Assembly (NCBI GenBank): GCA_002919235.1
Contig: PKEX01000008.1
Span: 138,530 to 202,529, forward strand
From: Clostridia bacterium
Lineage (GTDB): Bacteria; Bacillota; Limnochordia; DTU080; RSA5
Reading direction: 5' to 3'
DNA: 64,000 bases
The position numbers were made by a program, and so were the translations under genes. How positions within the stretch are numbered: position 1 is the first letter of the stretch; the number at the start of each line of letters is the position of its first letter. This document shows, piece by piece, positions 28,392 through 38,124 of this stretch. The notes below the pieces were generated by a model. That model was not told the origin of the DNA and did not search any database. It was given only the letters and a program-made list of their open reading frames with translations.

Positions 28392-29621
28392 TTAGAGAAC
28401 CAGGATGTCCGGGCGCTGGACCACCGCGCCCTCTACCTCCACCGCCCGCACCGGCCAGCGGCCCTCTCCGGCGGTCAGCACCGAGAAGGATTCGCCCGTC
28501 ACCGCCACGGTGTCTTCCGGCCGCGCCCCTCCTACCTGCGGGCTCCAGGCAAAAGCCTGGCACGCCGCCACCACGCTCGATTCGTAAGGCGCCGCGTGCC
28601 ACTCGTACAGAGCGTAGCCGGTGGCGCCGCCCTGGTGGTGCAGCTCCCATTCGTCCTGATACCCGGCTTCGGCGTAGAAACGGGCAATGTCGTCAAAGAG
28701 CTGGGCACCGGTTCTTCCGGGGCGGGTGGCCGCCATCAGCGCCGCGCTGATCTGCACCGCCGCGGTGTACCGCTGGGCGAGGCTGCTGGAGAGCCGGCCG
28801 AAGTGGACCGTGCGGGCCAGGCTCGCGATCAGCCCACCTCTTCGGGCACTGGCCCCGATGAGCGCCCACTGCTCGATGGGGCAGTCCGTGGGAACAGGAT
28901 GGCGGTACCGCTCCACCCGCCCGTCGGCTCCCACCAGGAGGGCCACGGGCTCAAGGCCCCGCTCCGCCAAAGCGGCGGCCAGCCGCGCGGCCACTTGCCG
29001 CTCGGTCTCCTTCCTCCCCACCGCCTGCGCCGCCGCCTCGACGGCCTCCGCCGCCAGCCGCCCCGTCTCCTGGTACCGGGCCACTTCCTCCGGGAACAGG
29101 GGCGCCCTCAGTGCCCCCAGGCTTTCCCCCCGCTCCCGAAAGCCCGCCAGCGGCGCATCCGCAGCGGCGGCCCGGCCGCCGGCGAACTTCTGGATCTCCG
29201 CCTGGCTCTCCCTGTACCAGGGCCAGCAAAAGAGCTCCACATCCAGGGCGTCCAGCTCTTCTTCATCGATCCTGGCCGCATCCACGCTGGCCGCCAGCAC
29301 CACCGCCCGTTCGTGGTCGACCCAGAGGCTCGCCGCCCCCTGCCCGTTCCCGCCGGCGCGGCTCGTTCCCCCGGCCGTCGCCCACGCGAAGTTCTCCGGC
29401 CGGGTGAGCAAGACGCCGTCGACCCGCTCTTCGGCCAGCCACTTTCTCAGCCGGTCGAGTTTTTTCGCGAACTCGCTGCGCCGCGCTTTCCTTTCCGCTT
29501 CCCCCACGTCGCGCCGCTGGCTCCTTTCTTTCCGAGAGATTTGCCGGCCGCTCGCCTTCGGGCCGGGAAAGCCTTCTGCGGCAGGGTATGAGCCGGGGGG
29601 CGCAGGTGTTTTACTTCCCAC
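28392..29621 (-). CDS. M24-family metallopeptidase (Xaa-Pro aminopeptidase / creatinase-like)
   Basis: Creatinase_N-like N-terminus (VDGVLLTRPENFAWATAG) and a pita-bread C-terminal domain (HHQGGATGY). The start is uncertain. Confidence 0.65.
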   Translation of the reverse strand: MGSKTPAPPGSYPAAEGFPGPKASGRQISRKERSQRRDVGEAERKARRSEFAKKLDRLRKWLAEERVDGVLLTRPENFAWATAGGTSRAGGNGQGAASLWVDHERAVVLAASVDAARIDEEELDALDVELFCWPWYRESQAEIQKFAGGRAAAADAPLAGFRERGESLGALRAPLFPEEVARYQETGRLAAEAVEAAAQAVGRKETERQVAARLAAALAERGLEPVALLVGADGRVERYRHPVPTDCPIEQWALIGASARRGGLIASLARTVHFGRLSSSLAQRYTAAVQISAALMAATRPGRTGAQLFDDIARFYAEAGYQDEWELHHQGGATGYALYEWHAAPYESSVVAACQAFAWSPQVGGARPEDTVAVTGESFSVLTAGEGRWPVRAVEVEGAVVQRPDILVL

Positions 29622-29671
29622 GGGAAGCTGTGCTATCCTTAGACAAGCAGTGAAAGGAGCTTGGAGCAGCC

Positions 29672-30388
29672 ATGCGCGCGGAAGAACGGCGCCGCCGGAT
29701 CCTCGAGATCCTGGCCGAGACGTATCCGGACGCCAAGTGCGAGCTGAACTTCACTACCCCTTTTGAACTGCTGGTGGCGACGATCCTCTCCGCCCAGAGC
29801 ACCGACAAGCGGGTCAACATGGTGACCGAGCGGCTCTTCGCCAAGTACAACACGCCCGAAGCCTTCGCGGCCCTCCCGTACGAAGTGCTGGAAGAGGAGA
29901 TCAAAGAGATCGGCCTCTACCGGAACAAGGCGAAGCACATCATCGAGATGAGCCGGCGCCTGCTGGAAGCCTTCGACGGGGAGGTGCCCCAAGACCGGGA
30001 CGCGCTGCAAACCCTGCCGGGGGTGGGCCGCAAGACGGCGAACGTCGTGGTCAGTAACGCTTTCGGCATTCCGGCCATCGCCGTCGACACCCACGTGTTC
30101 CGGGTGGCCAACCGCCTCGGCCTCGCGCGCGGCGCCAAGACGCCGCTGGAAACGGAGAAGCAGCTCATGCGGAACATCCCGCGGGAGCTGTGGTCCGCGG
30201 CGCACCACTGGCTGATCCACCACGGCCGGCGGGTCTGCCACGCCCGCAACCCCCGCTGCGGCCAGTGCCCCCTCCTCGAGCTTTGCCCCGAAGGAAAGCG
30301 GCGCACCGGCGCCGCCCCGGCGGCGCCGGCCGCCGTCAAGGCCCGGCGGTCACCTGGAGCGGGCTCCCGTCGTACGGCCGGAGCGTGA
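29672..30388 (+). CDS. nth: Endonuclease III (DNA glycosylase / AP lyase)
   Basis: LLVATILSAQSTDKRVN, LPGVGRKTANVVV and the C-terminal 4Fe-4S motif C-x6-C-x2-C-x5-C. Confidence 0.9.
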   Translation: MRAEERRRRILEILAETYPDAKCELNFTTPFELLVATILSAQSTDKRVNMVTERLFAKYNTPEAFAALPYEVLEEEIKEIGLYRNKAKHIIEMSRRLLEAFDGEVPQDRDALQTLPGVGRKTANVVVSNAFGIPAIAVDTHVFRVANRLGLARGAKTPLETEKQLMRNIPRELWSAAHHWLIHHGRRVCHARNPRCGQCPLLELCPEGKRRTGAAPAAPAAVKARRSPGAGSRRTAGA

Positions 30389-32024
30389 GGTCGGCCCCTC
30401 CGACGAGACTGCGGCCCGGCCTCACCGCGACAGGACCCGCCTCCCCGTAATAGTCCCCTGGCGACACCGCGCCATCCCCGTCCACGTCCACCCAGCCGGC
30501 CACCGTCCACCGGCCCTCCGGCACACCGGTCACTTGATAGAGCCCTCCTGTGCCCGCCCGGGTTTCCGCGTGCACGAGCAGCCGGCCAGCGCTCTTTTCC
30601 ACCACCATGATCCGGGGGATCCCCGTCGAGACGGCGCCGTACACGTCCAGCCGGCCGTAGCCCATCCGGTCGTCCCGGAGGGCCGGCGCGCCGTCCGGGC
30701 GGATCGCGGTCATGTGGAGGAGCGCCCGAACGCTTTCAGGATCTTGGGGAAATCCCCGCCCCAGCATCAACGCGACGGCGCCCGCGACATGCGGCGCAGC
30801 GAACGAGGTCCCCGTACCGCAGTCAAAACCGCCGCCCGTCTTCAGCGTCAGCACACAGCTTCCGCCCCCGCCGCCCGGCGCCACCAGATCCAGGTCTGGA
30901 CCCCCGGCCGAATAGAACGGCACCTTCCCCTCCCGGTCGAAGGCGCCCACGGCGATGACCCCGGGATGGCTGGCAGGACACGCCAGATGCCCGCCGTCGT
31001 TTCCCGCGGCGGCCACCACGACGATGCCCGCCTGCAGGACCTCGTCCAAGGCCTGGGCCATCGCCGGGCTGCACTGGTAGGAAGGCCGGCTCCAGGCGCT
31101 CACCCGCAGGCTCAGGTTGATCACCTGCGCCCCTCGGCGGGCAGCCTCCCGGATCCCGGCGATCACGTCGTCCTCCCCGGAGTCGCGGAAAATGACCCGC
31201 ACCGGCAGGAGGCGCACTCCCGGCGCCACGCCCCGGCCCCCCACGCCGTTGCCGGCCACGGCGCCGATGATCCCGGCGACGGCGGTGCCGTGAGCGTCGG
31301 CCTGCTCCGGGCGGAAGGCGTCGTAGCCGTACGGGCCGCCGCTTTCAGCATCCCAGCCAGTCACCCAGAGATCCGGATCGTCCAGCTCAGGATGGGTGAA
31401 ATCGATCCCGGTATCGACCACGGCCACCACCACGCCCGCAGCGCTGGCCACCGTCCAGGCGTCGAAGGCCCGGATCGCCGAAAGAGCCCACTGATCCGCC
31501 GCGAGGGGATCGAAGCCGCCGCCCGCCGGCTCCGCCCGGCCGTTCTCTCCGGCCCAGGCGACGCCGGGGAGCCGCTCCAGCTGGCTGATGGCCTCGAGCG
31601 GCCCGCGCCGGCGGGCGTCGCGGACCACGTGCACCCCGGGCGACGCTTCCTTTTCATAGATGAAACCCAGGGGGCGCACCTGCTCCGCCAGCGAAGACGC
31701 CGTCTCGTCTAGGCCCGATCCCACCAGGTACTCGAAGGAGGGACCCGCGGCACTCCGCTCCCCCACCCGCGGCCCGGCCTGCGGCAAGGCGCCCCGCAGC
31801 GAGAGGGGGTGGACCTCCGCCCGGTGATCCAGCGCCCTTTCCGGCTCCCCGGCAGCCCCGGGCGAGACGATCTTCACCGCGCCGGTAACGCTCCCGGCTC
31901 CGGGAGCTGAACCCGGGCGCACCAGGCCCAAACACCCGGAAAGGGTGAGGGTCAGGATCAGCAGGAGCCCCAGGCGTCCTGCCCTGCGCCAGCATCGTCT
32001 CGCATCGTGCCAACCCGTCCGCAT
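30336..32024 (-). CDS. Subtilisin-like S8 serine peptidase, probable lipoprotein
   Basis: Catalytic motifs VVDTGID (Asp), HGTAVAG (His) and GTSFAAPHVAG (Ser). N-terminal LLLILTLTLSGC lipobox. Overlaps the nth 3' end by 53 nt. The start is approximate. Confidence 0.75.
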   Translation of the reverse strand: MRTGWHDARRCWRRAGRLGLLLILTLTLSGCLGLVRPGSAPGAGSVTGAVKIVSPGAAGEPERALDHRAEVHPLSLRGALPQAGPRVGERSAAGPSFEYLVGSGLDETASSLAEQVRPLGFIYEKEASPGVHVVRDARRRGPLEAISQLERLPGVAWAGENGRAEPAGGGFDPLAADQWALSAIRAFDAWTVASAAGVVVAVVDTGIDFTHPELDDPDLWVTGWDAESGGPYGYDAFRPEQADAHGTAVAGIIGAVAGNGVGGRGVAPGVRLLPVRVIFRDSGEDDVIAGIREAARRGAQVINLSLRVSAWSRPSYQCSPAMAQALDEVLQAGIVVVAAAGNDGGHLACPASHPGVIAVGAFDREGKVPFYSAGGPDLDLVAPGGGGGSCVLTLKTGGGFDCGTGTSFAAPHVAGAVALMLGRGFPQDPESVRALLHMTAIRPDGAPALRDDRMGYGRLDVYGAVSTGIPRIMVVEKSAGRLLVHAETRAGTGGLYQVTGVPEGRWTVAGWVDVDGDGAVSPGDYYGEAGPVAVRPGRSLVGGADLTLRPYDGSPLQVTAGP

Positions 32025-32241
32025 CGTCTGGCCGTCGCTCCTTGCTCGCCCAAGCACCAAAGATGCAACGCCCTGGATCTTCCCGCGGGCATTCCAACCT
32101 TTCAAGGGAAGAAAGGTTTGCGCCTCTAGGCGAGTTCTGGAAGGGCCCGGCCGCTTCCGGAACCTACCAGGAATTGCGGCCTTGGTTGGTAAAGTAACAG
32201 TCACAACCGTGAGAGCGAGAGGTGCCCGCGCCGTGGTGGAG

Positions 32242-33384
32242 ATGCCGTGGTATCAAGAGGGGCCGGCGGACCGGCACTGGCCAGCGGGCCGGGAGCCTTC
32301 CCGGGCGACGCCCATCGGCGACGGGGCCGCGGAACCGCTCGGCATCTACCTGGGCAGTCATGCCGTGCGCGCGATCGAGCGCAGCCTCGAACAGGATCCC
32401 GAGCGTCCCTTGGGCGGGCTCTTGGTCGGCTTTCCCCTGGCCGGCGCGCGCCGTCCCTTCCTCGCCGTCACCGATCTCATTCTCCTGCCGCCCTCCGCGG
32501 TGGACGAAAGCGACGTCCGCTTCACCCCGGCCGTCTTCGGCGAGATCCTGCCGGCCTGGGAGGAGCGGCAGGACGGCGCGGTGATCGCCGGCTGGTGCCA
32601 TGCGGCCCCCGGCAGGGGCATCGCCCTTTCCAACTTCCACCGGTTCAACCATCACCGCCATTTTCCCCGGCCGTGGCAGATCGTGCTAGTCATCGACACC
32701 GCGCGCCAGGCTTCTCTCGTCTACCGGTGGGAAAAGGGCCAGCTGGTGCCCGTTGAAGGCTTCTATTACTGGGACATGGAAGGGGAACCCGCCGCGGATC
32801 TCTTCGAACCCCCGGTGCTCTCCGTGGGGCGCGAAGAGCCGGCGGCCGCGCCAGGCGAGCGGGCTTCCCCGCCGGGCCGCGCCCGCCGCTGGATCTGGCC
32901 CCTGGCGGCCGCCCTCTTGATTTACCTGCTCATCCCGCAGGCGCCGGGGAGCATCCCGTGGATGCGGCAGCGGCTCAGCCCGGGCTACCCGCTGGCGGAG
33001 CCGGCCAGCGGCACCCGCCCGGGCTTTTTGGAGCCGAGCCCGCCTTCGGCGGCGGAAAGCGCCGCGGCGGGCACACCGGCTCAGCTTCCCGCAGCGCCGC
33101 AGCAGGCAGGCGCCGGAGAAGACCCCCGAGAACCCGGCCCGCCGGCCACCGAGGCCACAGGTGCCGGCGCCACGCCTTCCGGAGGGCCCGAGGCCTTGGC
33201 CGGCGAGCCGAGAGGGCCCGCCGCCGTACGGGAATACGTGATCCAGCCGGGCGACACCATGTGGGCCATCAGCCGCACGCTCCTAGGGGATCCGCGGCTC
33301 TTTAGGGAGCTCGCACAGAAAAACCAAATTGAGAATCCGGACCGGATTTTCCCTGGACAGAGACTGGTGGTTCCGCTGGAGTGA
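32242..33384 (+). CDS. Membrane protein: N-terminal MPN/JAB-like domain with a degenerate JAMM motif, one TM helix, a Pro-rich linker and a C-terminal LysM
   Basis: E...GGLLVGFPL...AGWCHAAPG...LSNFH pattern (HxA instead of HxH). TM RWIWPLAAALLIYLLIP. LysM YVIQPGDTMWAISRTLLG. The start is approximate. Confidence 0.6.
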   Translation: MPWYQEGPADRHWPAGREPSRATPIGDGAAEPLGIYLGSHAVRAIERSLEQDPERPLGGLLVGFPLAGARRPFLAVTDLILLPPSAVDESDVRFTPAVFGEILPAWEERQDGAVIAGWCHAAPGRGIALSNFHRFNHHRHFPRPWQIVLVIDTARQASLVYRWEKGQLVPVEGFYYWDMEGEPAADLFEPPVLSVGREEPAAAPGERASPPGRARRWIWPLAAALLIYLLIPQAPGSIPWMRQRLSPGYPLAEPASGTRPGFLEPSPPSAAESAAAGTPAQLPAAPQQAGAGEDPREPGPPATEATGAGATPSGGPEALAGEPRGPAAVREYVIQPGDTMWAISRTLLGDPRLFRELAQKNQIENPDRIFPGQRLVVPLE

Positions 33385-33400
33385 CGCCCGGCGCCGCAGG

Positions 33401-33973
33401 TCACTCGGCGGCCTGCGCCACCTGAGGGGCGGTGAACAGCTCCGCCCGTTGAACGGGCCAGAACCGCAGGAGCGCCCTGCCCACGATCATGTTTCTCGGG
33501 ACGTATCCCACCAGGGGGCTGCGGCTGTCCTGCGAGTTGGTGCGGTTGTCTCCCAGGACGAAGTAGTGGTCTTCGGGCACGACGCCCGACGTGAACCGGC
33601 CGCCGAAGGTGGGCGAGCTCACGTACGGCTCGGAAAGAGCCACGCCGTTGACGTACACCCGCCCGCCCCGGATCTCGACGCGGTCGCCGGGCACCCCGAT
33701 GATCCGTTTGATGAAGTGGTGGCTGGGATCCGCCGGGTAGCGGAAGACGACGATCTCGCCCCGCTGGGGTTCACGGAACCGGTAGGTGAGCTTGTCCACC
33801 AGGAGCCGCTCGCCCGAGTGCAGTGTGGGAAGCATCGACGGTCCGTCCACGGTGAAGGTCCTGGCCACGAACGCCATGATGAACAGGGCCAGGAGCACCG
33901 CGCCGGCCACGGTCTCCAGGTACTCCCGCCAAAGCGGCTTTTCCTTTTCCCGAATCGATGGGCTTGTCTGCAC
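33401..33973 (-). CDS. lepB: Signal peptidase I
   Basis: GPSMLPTL, KRIIGVPGD and YFVLGDNRTNSQDSR boxes. GTG at 33973 lies 7 nt after GGGGGAG. Confidence 0.85.
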   Translation of the reverse strand: MQTSPSIREKEKPLWREYLETVAGAVLLALFIMAFVARTFTVDGPSMLPTLHSGERLLVDKLTYRFREPQRGEIVVFRYPADPSHHFIKRIIGVPGDRVEIRGGRVYVNGVALSEPYVSSPTFGGRFTSGVVPEDHYFVLGDNRTNSQDSRSPLVGYVPRNMIVGRALLRFWPVQRAELFTAPQVAQAAE

Positions 33974-34051
33974 CGAGAGCTCCCCCCGGTCGCGTCGTCG
34001 GTCTCTGCCACCCGGGCATGCATGCCAACATTCTTTGGCGGCACAAAAAAA

Positions 34052-34078
34052 TCCTGCCCCGGCAGTGCCTGGGCAGGA
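34052..34078 (-). terminator. Intrinsic terminator (TCCTGCCC/GGGCAGGA stem followed by TTTTTTTGT on the minus strand)
   Basis: Lies downstream of the UPF0302-like gene. Read directly. Confidence 0.55.
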
Positions 34079-34105
34079 CATCCCATCCGGCGGCGGCGCG
34101 GGCGC

Positions 34106-34708
34106 TCACAGATCCCACAAGCACCGCCGCGACACTTCCAGATAGAGGGGAACGATCCGCTCAAACCGCTCGCGGTCCCGGGCCGCGAGGGCCTCCTCGA
34201 TCTCCTGGCGCAGGGAGACGGCAAGGAGGACCAAGTCCACCTGTTCCCGCACGATCTCCTCGATCATCGCCTCGATGCTCTCCTTGGCATCGGGCCGCAT
34301 GGGGAGGGCCGGATTGGGCTCCACGATCTCTTCGTACCACGCCGGGGTGGGGCCGGCGAACGAGAAGACGACGTAAAGCCGCCCGCGGAACTGCTGCAAG
34401 GGCTTGATGGCCTCCAGGGGATCGGTGATCACCAGCGAGCAGTCCCTGCGGGTGTGCCGGACCAACCGCCCGTTGACGATGGAGACCTCTTCCCGCTGGT
34501 ACGCGCCGAGCTCGAGCTCAAAACCGACTCGAGGGCTGCCCAGCTCCGACACCAGCATGGTATTGGGCAGAAACTCGCGGCTTTGGACGAAGGTGATGCG
34601 CGACAGCAGGTCCTTGCTCTCGGCGAGAAATTGCAGGAGGTATTTGCTCATGGGATGTTTAAGAGGAGCTCGGCTGAACTGAAGGATCGCCTCTGCCTTT
34701 CGATGCAT
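34106..34708 (-). CDS. UPF0302/YpiB-like protein with C-terminal IDEAL-type helix
   Basis: The N-terminal pattern (KYLLQFLAES...ITFVQSREFLP...MLVS) and the C-terminal EIEEALAARDRERFERI resemble B. subtilis YpiB. Moderate certainty. Confidence 0.5.
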   Translation of the reverse strand: MHRKAEAILQFSRAPLKHPMSKYLLQFLAESKDLLSRITFVQSREFLPNTMLVSELGSPRVGFELELGAYQREEVSIVNGRLVRHTRRDCSLVITDPLEAIKPLQQFRGRLYVVFSFAGPTPAWYEEIVEPNPALPMRPDAKESIEAMIEEIVREQVDLVLLAVSLRQEIEEALAARDRERFERIVPLYLEVSRRCLWDL

Positions 34709-34905
34709 GGCAGCTCACCCCGGGCCAAAGAGCCTTCCCTCGGTCCACTTGCTCTCAATGTATACGACCGCCAGCGTACACACATGCCAGACAGGGATAC
34801 GTAAGCTCTGGGGTGCATCAAACAATTCGACGCTGCCGCATCTGATTCCTTTGTCGCCCCGGGCCGGCGGGCGAGCCGCCGCCCCGGAGCGGGCCTCGAC
34901 AGGGA

Positions 34906-35682
34906 GTGAAACGTGGGTTGCGCGTCGTCTTTCTCGGGACCGGCACCTCGCAGGGAGTGCCGGTCATCGGCTGCACTTGTGACGTATGCACGTCCCCGGA
35001 TCCGCGAAACCACCGCGCGCGGCCATCGATCTGGATCGACCTGGGCGGAAGGCACCTCGTCATCGACACGCCGGCCGAGTTTCGCCTGCAGGCCATCCGG
35101 TTCCGCCTGCCGCGCCTGGACGCCCTGCTCTACACCCACGCCCACGCCGACCACATCTTCGGCATCGACGACATCCGCCGGTACAACCAGATGCAGCGGG
35201 AGGCCATCCCCCTGTACGCCTCCAGGGAGACACTCGCCGCCCTCCGGCAGGCGGCCGGTTATATTTTTGACTACACGAACGAGAACTGGGCCCTTCCAAA
35301 GGCGATCCCCCGCGAGCTGGACGGGCCCTTCGAGCTCTTTGGGACGACGATCGAACCCCTCCTGGTCTGGCACGGCTCGATGCCGGTCACCGCGTACCGC
35401 ATCGGCCGGATGGCCTACGTCACCGACTGCAGCCGCATCCCCGCCGAGACCATGGAGCGGCTGCGGGCTCTCGACCTCTTGATCCTGGACGCCCTGCGCT
35501 ACCGGCCGCACCCGACCCACTTTTCCATCCCGGAAGCGCTGGAGGTCATCGAAGAGCTCAAGCCCAAACAGGCGCTCCTCACCCACCTCTGCCACGAGGT
35601 GGACCACGCCGCGGCCGAAGCCGGGCTGCCGCCCCACGTCCGCCTGGCCTACGACGGGCTGTCGGTGACGGTGGACGACTGA
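34906..35682 (+). CDS. MBL-fold metallo-hydrolase (PhnP / tRNase Z-like)
   Basis: FLGTGTSQGVP and HAHADH motifs. The start (GTG at 34906 or TTG at 34918) is uncertain. Confidence 0.75.
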   Translation: MKRGLRVVFLGTGTSQGVPVIGCTCDVCTSPDPRNHRARPSIWIDLGGRHLVIDTPAEFRLQAIRFRLPRLDALLYTHAHADHIFGIDDIRRYNQMQREAIPLYASRETLAALRQAAGYIFDYTNENWALPKAIPRELDGPFELFGTTIEPLLVWHGSMPVTAYRIGRMAYVTDCSRIPAETMERLRALDLLILDALRYRPHPTHFSIPEALEVIEELKPKQALLTHLCHEVDHAAAEAGLPPHVRLAYDGLSVTVDD

Positions 35683-36650
35683 CGCCGGGGATGGGGCACT
35701 TTCACCGCCACGATCTCCTCGGCGCTGTCGCTGCCGGCGACCGCGAGAAACCCGGGCATAGGCCCGAGCGCCGCATATCCCAGGGCGGGACCGCCCGCCG
35801 CCCCCTCTTGGGCGACGATGGCCGACTGCCCGTAAAACTCCAGTTCCCAGATGCTCCCCGTCATCATGGGGTTCACGGCGTACCGGAAGCGGCGTTCCAC
35901 CGCCACCCGCCGGTAGCTGCCATTCAGCCAGTCCCACTGCTGCTCGGGGCTCCAGGGCTTGGGGTTGGCCGACGGCTGCACCAGGATGTCGGCGCCTTGC
36001 TCCTCCAACGCCTCGACCACGGGATCCTGAAAGCCGTCGAGGCAGATCGCGATGCCGAGGCGCCCCAGCTCTGTTTCGTACACCCTCAGTGACGAAAGGG
36101 AGCCGGGATCCAGGTGGAGCGCCTCCTCCCGCTCCAGCTCGATCAGGTGCACTTTGTCCTGCTTGCCGATGACCTTCCCGTCGGGGCCGAAAAGGAAGGC
36201 GGTGTTGTGCAGCGCGGGCGCCAGCGGCCGGCGCCACCAAGCGACGCGGCCGTCTTCGACGGCGAAGGGCGGCAGCAGGACGGAGCCGGCAACGAGGTAG
36301 ACGCCGCAGCTCCTGGCGGCGTTCGAAAACACGTCGAAATAGCTGGACGCGATGGCCTTCCTTCGGGTGTAAAAAAGGGCGGGCACCCACTGGAGGCGGT
36401 GCCGGACCCGGTGATAGAGGGCAGGGAAAAACAAGGCGCGCACGGCGGCCTCAATCCCCCGGGCGATGCCGGCCGCTCGCCTCAGCCGCTTCTCCATTCC
36501 GGCCAGCACCAGCATGAGTCCGGCATCTTCGGGGAACACCACCAGCGCCGGCACGCCGGGGTCGATGGTGCGGCACACCTTGTCCATGATCTCGCCGATC
36601 TTGGCGGCAAAGGCCTCCCGGCTGAAGTACGCCTCCAGCTCCAGCTTCAT
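35649..36650 (-). CDS. Carbon-nitrogen hydrolase family protein (nitrilase superfamily)
   Basis: E-K-C triad context: LVVFPEDAG, ...HKVHL, GIAICLDG. ATG at 36650. The 3' end overlaps the MBL gene by 34 nt. Confidence 0.7.
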   Translation of the reverse strand: MKLELEAYFSREAFAAKIGEIMDKVCRTIDPGVPALVVFPEDAGLMLVLAGMEKRLRRAAGIARGIEAAVRALFFPALYHRVRHRLQWVPALFYTRRKAIASSYFDVFSNAARSCGVYLVAGSVLLPPFAVEDGRVAWWRRPLAPALHNTAFLFGPDGKVIGKQDKVHLIELEREEALHLDPGSLSSLRVYETELGRLGIAICLDGFQDPVVEALEEQGADILVQPSANPKPWSPEQQWDWLNGSYRRVAVERRFRYAVNPMMTGSIWELEFYGQSAIVAQEGAAGGPALGYAALGPMPGFLAVAGSDSAEEIVAVKVPHPRRQSSTVTDSPS

Positions 36651-36800
36651 CTGCACCGCCACCAGCTGGATCCAAGGGTGTTCCGGCACGCCGCCCCTCC
36701 TTCCGTCCCCGCACGCCCCCTGCGGGGGAGGAGCCTGCCGTCCCGCCAAGGAAGTTCCTTCCTCAGCCAGGGCCATCCCGCAGGAAAAGGGGGGCGCGCG

Positions 36801-38084
36801 GTGCAGGGAGTTCTCTACGCCTCGGCATATCTGGGCATCTCACTGGTGACGTACGTCGTCGGGTCGTGGATCACCTACTTTTACACCCCGCCCGTCGATT
36901 CCGGGCTGGTCGCCCGGCTCTCGCCCACGCTGGTGGGAATTGCGGTCGCGCTGGGACGGATCGTCGACGCCGTGGCCGATCCCCTGGTGGGCGCTGCCAG
37001 CGACCGGCTGCAGAGTCCCCGCGGCCGGCGCCTGCCGTTCATGCGGGGCTCCGTCATTCCCCTGGCCGCGGTCTTCGCGCTGCTCTGGACGCCTCCCGCG
37101 TTCCTCGGAGAGGCCGGCGCCTTTCTCTACCTTTCCGTCTCGCTCAGCCTCTTTTTCATTCTCTACACGCTCTATGTGGCGCCCTACCTCGCCCTCCTGC
37201 CCGAGCTGGCCACCCGCCGTGACCAGCGGATCGCGTGGTCGGGCTGGCAGGGACTGTTCAACATCGCCGGCACCGCCTTGGGCGGCCTTGGGGCAGGCCT
37301 GCTCATCGAAGCGGCGGGCTTTGCCGCGATGGGCGGGGTCCTGGCGCTGGTGGCTTTCGCCAGCTTGGCCCTGCCCGCGTGGCTCCTTCGCGAGCGCGAG
37401 GGCGCCCGCGGCGAGGCCCCGCCGCCGTCGCTGGTGGAAAGCGTCAGGCTCACCATGGCCAACCCCGCTTTCCGCCCGTACGTAGCCGGGCAGTTCTTCT
37501 TCTGGCTGGCGCTGTACGTGATGATCGCCGCCATCCCGTACCTGGCCACCGTGGTGATGGGCGGCAGCGAGGCCGACGCCACGGTGGCGCTCGGCCTGGC
37601 GCTGGCCGTCGCGCTCCTTGCGCTGGCCCCGCTCTCCGCCCTCTCGCGCGCCGTGGGCCTCAAGAAGGCCTTGAATCTCGCGATGGGATGGTTCGCCGCC
37701 GTCCTGCTCCTCGCCGGCGGCATCGGCCGGCTCCCCCTGCCTCTCTCCCCTTACGCCCAGGGGCTCTTGGTCTTTGCGCTGGCAGGCGTCCCCTTGGCGG
37801 CGCTCTTCGTCTTTCCCAACGCCCTGCTGGCCGAGGTGACCGACATCGACTTTCAGAGGACGGGAAGCCGCCGGGAGGCCGTCTACTTCGGCGTGCAGGG
37901 GTTCATCGTCAAGCTGGCGGTGGGCCTCTCCGCGCTGGTGACCACCGGGATCATCGACGCCTTGGGCTACAGCCGCGAGGCGCCCTGGGGCGTGCTGGCG
38001 CTGGGACCGGTCAGCGCGCTGCTGGTGGCGGCGGGCATCGCCTGTTTCCGGCGGTATCCCGCCGGGGCGGCGGAGCGGAGGTAG
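36801..38084 (+). CDS. MFS transporter of the glycoside-pentoside-hexuronide (GPH) type
   Basis: About 12 TM helices and a D-x-x-G-R-R-like loop (SDRLQSPRGRRLPFM). GTG at 36801 follows GGAAAAGGGGGG. Confidence 0.75.
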   Translation: MQGVLYASAYLGISLVTYVVGSWITYFYTPPVDSGLVARLSPTLVGIAVALGRIVDAVADPLVGAASDRLQSPRGRRLPFMRGSVIPLAAVFALLWTPPAFLGEAGAFLYLSVSLSLFFILYTLYVAPYLALLPELATRRDQRIAWSGWQGLFNIAGTALGGLGAGLLIEAAGFAAMGGVLALVAFASLALPAWLLREREGARGEAPPPSLVESVRLTMANPAFRPYVAGQFFFWLALYVMIAAIPYLATVVMGGSEADATVALGLALAVALLALAPLSALSRAVGLKKALNLAMGWFAAVLLLAGGIGRLPLPLSPYAQGLLVFALAGVPLAALFVFPNALLAEVTDIDFQRTGSRREAVYFGVQGFIVKLAVGLSALVTTGIIDALGYSREAPWGVLALGPVSALLVAAGIACFRRYPAGAAERR

Positions 38085-38124
38085 GCCGGCGGCGCTGCCG
38101 GCCTGGCCGGGCTCGGAACGGGCA

